This document shows positions 25,820 to 31,596 of a DNA stretch of 31,596 nucleotides, piece by piece (positions within the stretch are counted from its first letter, which is position 1; every line of letters begins with the position of its first letter). The stretch is from assembly GCA_004022145.1 (NCBI GenBank), contig RCNU01000039.1, one strand, 5' to 3'. Under the pieces are notes generated by a model. The model ran no database searches, had not been told where the DNA came from, and was given only the letters and a program-made list of their open reading frames with translations. This stretch comes from Paecilomyces variotii. Taxonomy: Eukaryota. Made by a program: the position numbers and the translations under genes.

Positions 25820-28800
25820 AGTTAATCTTAATTAATTTAAAAATTTTAAAAAGTTTACCTTTAATAATAATTTAATAAAACTATTTATTATTATATCTTA
25901 TATTCTAATAAACTTAATACTAATCTTATTCTTTTAGTATAGGTTATATATATAATAATATATAATATTAATATACTTTAATCTCTTATAAATATAGGTA
26001 TCTCTAATTAATAATAATAATATTTAATTATCTCTATAGACTTTAACTAGAGAATTAATAATAAAAGCTTATTTTTCTCTTATTATTAGCTTAAATTTAT
26101 TTAGACTAATATAATATCTATATTCTATATTTCTTAAAAAAAGGGCTAATTATTAAGACTATTTTATAGCTTAATATATAGTTATATATTTAGCCTTTAT
26201 AGTTAAAGTTATAATAGACTTTTATTTCTTATTTAATTAGCTTATTAAACTATTAGTTAAAATAAAAATATTCTCTAAGATTAATATCTAATTAATTTTA
26301 TCTATTATATAATCTAAGTTTAAATATTTAATAAATTATTAGTCTTAGTTTATATTAAACTTAAGACTAAAATATATAATTAATTATAAGTATCTTATAA
26401 AAGACTTTAATACCTTAAAATACTTTTTAAATAAATTTAATAGATATTAACTTAATTTACCTATTATAAATATAATATTTAATCTTATTAAAATTATTAA
26501 ATAAATTAAGCTATTAATAATCCTTTAATACTTTCTCTAGTCTACTCTTTTATCTTAAGGGCTAAATAATTTTAGAGAGTTATATCTATTTAATAGGATA
26601 TTAACTAAATATATTTTCTTTTTATTTATTTTATATTATAATAAAAATTCTTTAGTATAATAAAATTAGTCTATTATTAATATTTAGTTTTACTTATTTT
26701 AAATAACTTAAATATTAAGAATCTTCTTTATTTCTCTTAAATTCTTTATCTTATATATTAATTTAAACTCTTATTTAAACTAGTAAATATTCTCTATTTA
26801 CTTTATACTAATTAAGATATTATTAATATATACTAGGAATAAAATTTCTTTCTCTAAATATTATAATAAGTATAGATTAATATTAGTCTATATAAAACCT
26901 ATTTTTTAAAGTATTTTTATATAGGTTTAATTCGGGCCTACACCTCGGCCCAGCCGGGGGCGAGCTCAGCCCACCCTAGAAGCTCAGCCCACCCGAGTAT
27001 TTTTACCATTTTTTAAGTGGGCCGAGCTTTTAAACTAAAAACTTCAAAAATTTATTAAAAGTCGAAACCTAAAGATATTTCACTCGAAATTAAATATTTA
27101 TATAGGTTATAACCTATATCTTATATATATAAAAAAAGAAAAATTAAATATCTAAAAATCGATTTTTAAGAATTAAAAAACCAAGAAAGATTTGTAATTT
27201 TCGAATTTCTATGTGTAATTTACTAACTCTTGCCCTAGCGTACCCAATTAAAATCCTAAAATCCTAATTTTAATATATAATGTAGACTAAAATATAAATT
27301 ATTTTATAATATTTTTTATATATTTCTACTATGCCTAAATAGGCTAGGAAAAATCAAAGTTTCTTGGGGTGCGCCGAGATCCCAAATACTTGGGTGGTAT
27401 GAGCTTTTAGGGTGGGCTGAGCTCGTCCCCGGCTGGGCTGAGCTACATCCCGGTTTAATTCTAATCTTTTATAGCCTATTTTAAATTATATAAGGATTAA
27501 AAAACTTTTAATACTATTTTTAATAATATATTTATTTTTAATAGAAGTATTATATAAATCTCCTTTTTTAATATTAACTCTATAAAGGTATTATTAATAT
27601 AATAATAGCTAAAAATATTTATAATATATTATATTATAAGATAGAAGTAAAAATATACTTAAAATTAATACTATATTTTTAAATAAACCCTTAAGTAATA
27701 AAATATATCTTAAGCTTTTAAAGGAAACTATTTAAATTATATTTTATAGCTAATACTTAATAGCTAATTATAATATTAACTCTTAATAATAGTATAATTA
27801 CTTTAAAAATTTTATTTACCTATAATATATTTATTTTAGCTTTAAATATACTTTACTATAATTTACCTTAAATAGAGTTATTAATTATAGCATAATATAA
27901 GTTTAAAATTAAAATATACTTTTATTATATATACTACTATTATAGTATTTAATACTTATTCTATATACTTTTCTTAGTCTATATTAATACCTAAAGATAA
28001 AAGATTTAATATAAGTATTACTTAATATAACTTCTTAGTATTTTATTTATTATTTAATAACTTAATCTTCTCTCTCTTATATTTTACTATATAGAGAATC
28101 TCTATATAAAATATAATTTATTTACTTAGTAAAAATAAGGGGTTTATCTATAAATCTTTATAATTATTTAAATTATTAAAATAAGAATAATTAAATATTT
28201 TCTCTTATTCTATAATTTTATTATAATAAAAAGTTTCTTTTTCTTTTTAAAAAAATATTTTAATTTCTTTTTAATAAAATACTCTTTTTTCTTTTTAAAG
28301 AAAAACTAGAACTTCCTTATAACTCTTTTCCTAATTATTAATATTATTTTTTTTTATTTAAAGATATATATATACTTAAAATAATAGGCTAAGTTATTAG
28401 TTAATCTCTTAAATTCTTTATTAATATTATATTTAATAATAATCTTTAAAGAATCTTAAGGTTTAAGTCTCCTTTTAATTTATTCTTAAAGAACTTAGCT
28501 TAATAAATCTTAATAATCTTTCTTATATTTAAAGCTTAAGCTTTTTATTATTTATTTATTTTTTTAATATATTCTATAAAAATATAGATTTTACCTTAAT
28601 TTATTAATTTATTCTTTTATATATTTTATAATAAAGATTCTAGGTTTATATATAATACTATCTAATATTTCTATACTTTTAAATAGTTAATTAATAGCTT
28701 AACTTTAGTAAAAGCTTTTTTTAAAGATATTTAAACATTATTAACTATTAATCTATTTAATACTTTATTTCTAATATATATATTAGTTTAAGCTATTTCT

Positions 28801-31000
28801 ACTTATAATTTAACTAGAAGGTTTAAATCTTTAAATATAGCTTTTATTTCTTTTTTAATAGTTTAATATACTTATTCTATAGCTTTATTTTATATTAATA
28901 TATATAGAACTATTAGTTTATAATATATACTAAACTATTTCTTCTAAATCTTAAAAAAATTCTTAAGTTTTAGTATATTATCTAATTATATACTAAGAAT
29001 TTAAAGACTTATTACTATCTTAATTTTTTTTTATTTATTTAAGATAAGGGTAGTATTAGATTTAGCTCTTATTAGAAATACCTATATTCTTTTTAAGAAA
29101 TTATTTATAATTATTAAAAAGTAAATATATTTATTCTTAGACTTTAGTATTTAATTATATATATCTATATAAATAAATTTAAGAATATTAGCCTTTTATA
29201 TATTAATAGTTTCTTTCTTATTTCTAATATTAACTATAATATATATTATATATTAGTAATTTATTATTACTTTAATAGGCTTCTTTAATATAATTAAGTT
29301 ATATAAATTTTTAATCTTTTTAGATTTAAAATAGCTAATTCTCCTATACTATAGTTAATACTTTTCTTAAATTTTATTTTAATAAAATCTTTTTTCTCCT
29401 TAATTTTATTTTAATAAAATCCTTTTTCTTAATCTATAATTATAGTATTAAGAATATTTTTAATAAAGAATAATATAATAAGTATATATTATAACTTAAG
29501 TATTTAGTTTAAAAAAACTCTTTTAATAATATAAACTCTATATTTAATAGTACCTTAAATTATAACTTTATTTAACTTATTTAATATAGATATTATTCTT
29601 TTATTAAAGTATTTATATATATTTAACTATTAGTAGAATGTCTTAATTAATAAGAGATTTACCTTAAGATTTAATATAAGTAATATATTTTTTAAGTCTA
29701 ATATCTTCCTATTTTTATCTTTTAAAATAGCTATTCCTATATATTTTAAATATAGAATTTCTCTATTTATATAAATATATCTTTATTAAATCTAAATTAA
29801 TAGTTCTTTAAAATAGTAGTTTTTATTAATTATATATAAACTAGTATTATTATTTATATACTATTAGAATAAATTCTTATTAGTAATATTTTTTAAAAGA
29901 TAAGTAATTTTATATAAGACTTAGTTATTAAAAGTAATTAAGCCTAAGGATTTTAATTAAGATTAGCTCTTTTTAGTATTTAAAGTTTCTTTTATATTAT
30001 ATACTCTATACTTTTTATTTTTTAATCTCTTATTCTTTAAAGATTAAATTTCTTTATAAATTTTATTAATTATCTCTATTATTATCTTATCTTAAATAAT
30101 AAGATTATTAAATATTTACTTAAGAGACTTCTTTCTCTATTTTTAATTATCTCTTATATTCCTTTAAATAGTAGATAAAAATAGATAATTTTTAATATAA
30201 TAATCTTTTTTATAAATATAGTATTTAATAAGAATTTACCTATTTTTTACTAAGAATATAATAGTTAGTTTTACTTAAAATTAAGTCTTTATTTTTTTTA
30301 AAATAGCTAAAATATTATTTGCTTTTAGATTCTTATATATATTAATTATTATCTTAATTATAATATATTCTTTAAATAATATTAAAAATAGTTATTATAT
30401 TTTAGCCTTAAGCTTAACTAAAAAAAATATTATATTATTAAATATTATAATTCTTTTTCCTATTTATTATAATTAACTCTAAGTATTTAAGATTATTTAT
30501 CTAAGAGTTATTTAAAAATATATAAATAATTAAATAAGTTAGTACTTTTAATTAAGGAGAGTTTTTATATATTTTATTTATAGAGCCTTTTATAATATAT
30601 ATATATTATTAGAATTAATAAATCTATCTTAATTATCTTTAAATAAATATTTAATAATCTAGTATTAAGTAGCTATATTAGCTTTATTAAACTAGTTATT
30701 ATCTAGCCTTTTAATAAACTTAATAGCTCTTTAGTAATCTTTATTAATAAGCTATCTTTTTATATAGATAAACTATTTCTTATAATTCTCTTTTAAAAAG
30801 ATAAAAATAAGTTTCTCTTTTTATTTTTAATATTATCTATTAAAGATATAATAATAATAAATTAATACTTTAACCTTTAATAAGATTTAACCCTTATTAG
30901 ATTTAATACTTAATATAGTATTAAAATAGTCTTATTATAGATTCTCTTATATAAAAATAATTTATTACTATTAGTTTAAACTTAAATATTTAGAATAGAA
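25820..31000 (-). pseudogene. RIPped copia gag-pol polyprotein
   Basis: Integrase VH.DVC...YFL.IVDDFSRR.WV ~29080-29180 and VRSDN ~28977-28995; RT SLYGLK ~27480-27500 and ILVYVDDI ~26816-26840; RNase H YGDNQ...HERSKHIDV.YHYVR...MVADGFTKPL ~25865-26040. 5' boundary approximate. Confidence 0.9.
26934..27451. mobile_element. Non-autonomous TIR DNA transposon (MITE-like), 518 bp, Mutator-like or hAT-like
   Basis: TIRs 26934-27002 and 27384-27451 (GGG..CTCrGCCCAGCCGGGGrCGAGCTCAGCCCACCCTArAAGCTCA..CCACCCrAGTATTT); flanked by identical GGTTTAATTC at 26924-26933 and 27452-27461; removing the element and one TSD restores collinearity with the other two copia RT copies; too short to encode a transposase. 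Confidence 0.93.
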
Positions 31001-31045
31001 TAATTTTTACTATATAGCTATTTCTCCTAAATTATTATAAACCTA

Positions 31046-31056
31046 GGCTTATAACT
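31046..31056 (-). other. Copia primer-binding site remnant
   Basis: Minus strand AGTTATAAGCC directly after the 5' LTR equals GGTTATGAGCC, a PBS common in fungal copia elements, with two TpG>TpA RIP changes. Confidence 0.75.
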
Positions 31057-31329
31057 AGTTAAAAAAATAGATTTAAATAGAATTCTCTAAACTAATCTAA
31101 TAGCTTAAAGGGCTAATAATACTTAAGGAAAAAGAGTATTAGTATATATAATAAATACAAAATATATTACTATATATTCTCAGTTAAAATAATAAATTTT
31201 ATATAGAGCTTAAGAAGTAGTTTATCTAAGCTACCTAATTTTATTAAAATAAAATTATTCCTAAAGATTTCCTTAATATAAATCTTTATTATACTAGAAC
31301 TTATTAGTCTTAACTGCTATTTTATAATA
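31057..31329 (-). repeat. 5' LTR of full-length copia (273 bp)
   Basis: Direct repeat of 25517-25791, differing mostly by transitions plus small indels. Confidence 0.93.
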
Positions 31330-31596
31330 TATACTATATTTATTTAAAAGCCTCTATATAAGAATATTATATATATTTATACGAGTTTAAATTAAATAAT
31401 AAACTATATTAATATCTTTAAAATATATTATTTAAATATAGTAAAAGAATAATAATACTGCAGATACCTATAATAATTAAAGATAAAATACCTTAAATAA
31501 TATACTCTATAGCCTTAACGCAGCTATAAATAAATACTAAATATTCTTTTAAAGGATAATATTATGCTAAAGTATTAATATATATAGACTTTTAAA

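Larger units (their letters stand above)
25517..31329 (-). mobile_element. Full-length Ty1/copia retrotransposon (RIP-inactivated) carrying a MITE insertion
   Basis: LTRs 25517-25791 and 31057-31329; identical TSD TATAC at 25512-25516 and 31330-31334; PBS-like and PPT-like sites; IN-RT-RH order on - strand. Confidence 0.95.
1..31596. other. RIP-degenerated AT-rich transposon cluster (fungal heterochromatin / AT-isochore)
   Basis: Seen: near-total absence of CA and TG dinucleotides, excess TA, surviving C/G mostly in AGCT, CCT, CTA contexts; repeat copies differ mainly by C/T and G/A transitions; TAA/TAG where Gln/Trp/Arg codons are expected. Established: this is the RIP signature of filamentous ascomycetes. 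Confidence 0.95.

Noticed and set aside
26934-27002. tRNA, 5S or SINE-like GC-rich RNA gene
   Set aside because: No cloverleaf or convincing A/B boxes; fully explained as one arm of a TIR pair.
1-31596. AT-rich organellar, endosymbiont or alternative-genetic-code coding DNA (frequent in-frame TAA/TAG)
   Set aside because: Specific loss of CA/TG, transition-dominated differences between LTR pairs and mutated catalytic residues (YLNN for YLDD) are explained by RIP, not stop-codon reassignment.

Overview
The whole 31.6 kb window is an extremely AT-rich graveyard of nested transposon relics with the signature of fungal Repeat-Induced Point mutation (RIP): CpA/TpG almost absent, TpA very abundant. 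I found no intact gene. Reversing C>T/G>A changes by eye recovers: (1) a + strand Ty3/gypsy chromovirus pol followed by ~2.4 kb of extra ORF-like sequence, a PPT and a 3' LTR; (2) a Ty1/copia 3' end interrupted by a second copia family; (3) + strand gypsy gag and PR-RT-RH fragments; (4) a probable LINE fragment; (5) a full-length - strand chromovirus (14792-20639, 243-bp LTRs, TSD CTTAT) with an apparent Tf1-type self-priming structure; (6) a full-length - strand copia (25517-31329, ~275-bp LTRs, TSD TATAC) with non-canonical TG..CT termini. The standout is a 518-bp MITE-like element (26934-27451) with ~68-bp GC-rich TIRs and a perfect target-site duplication. It sits in the copia RT and has largely escaped RIP. 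Protein motifs are manual de-RIP reconstructions, and boundaries without LTR/TSD support are approximate.
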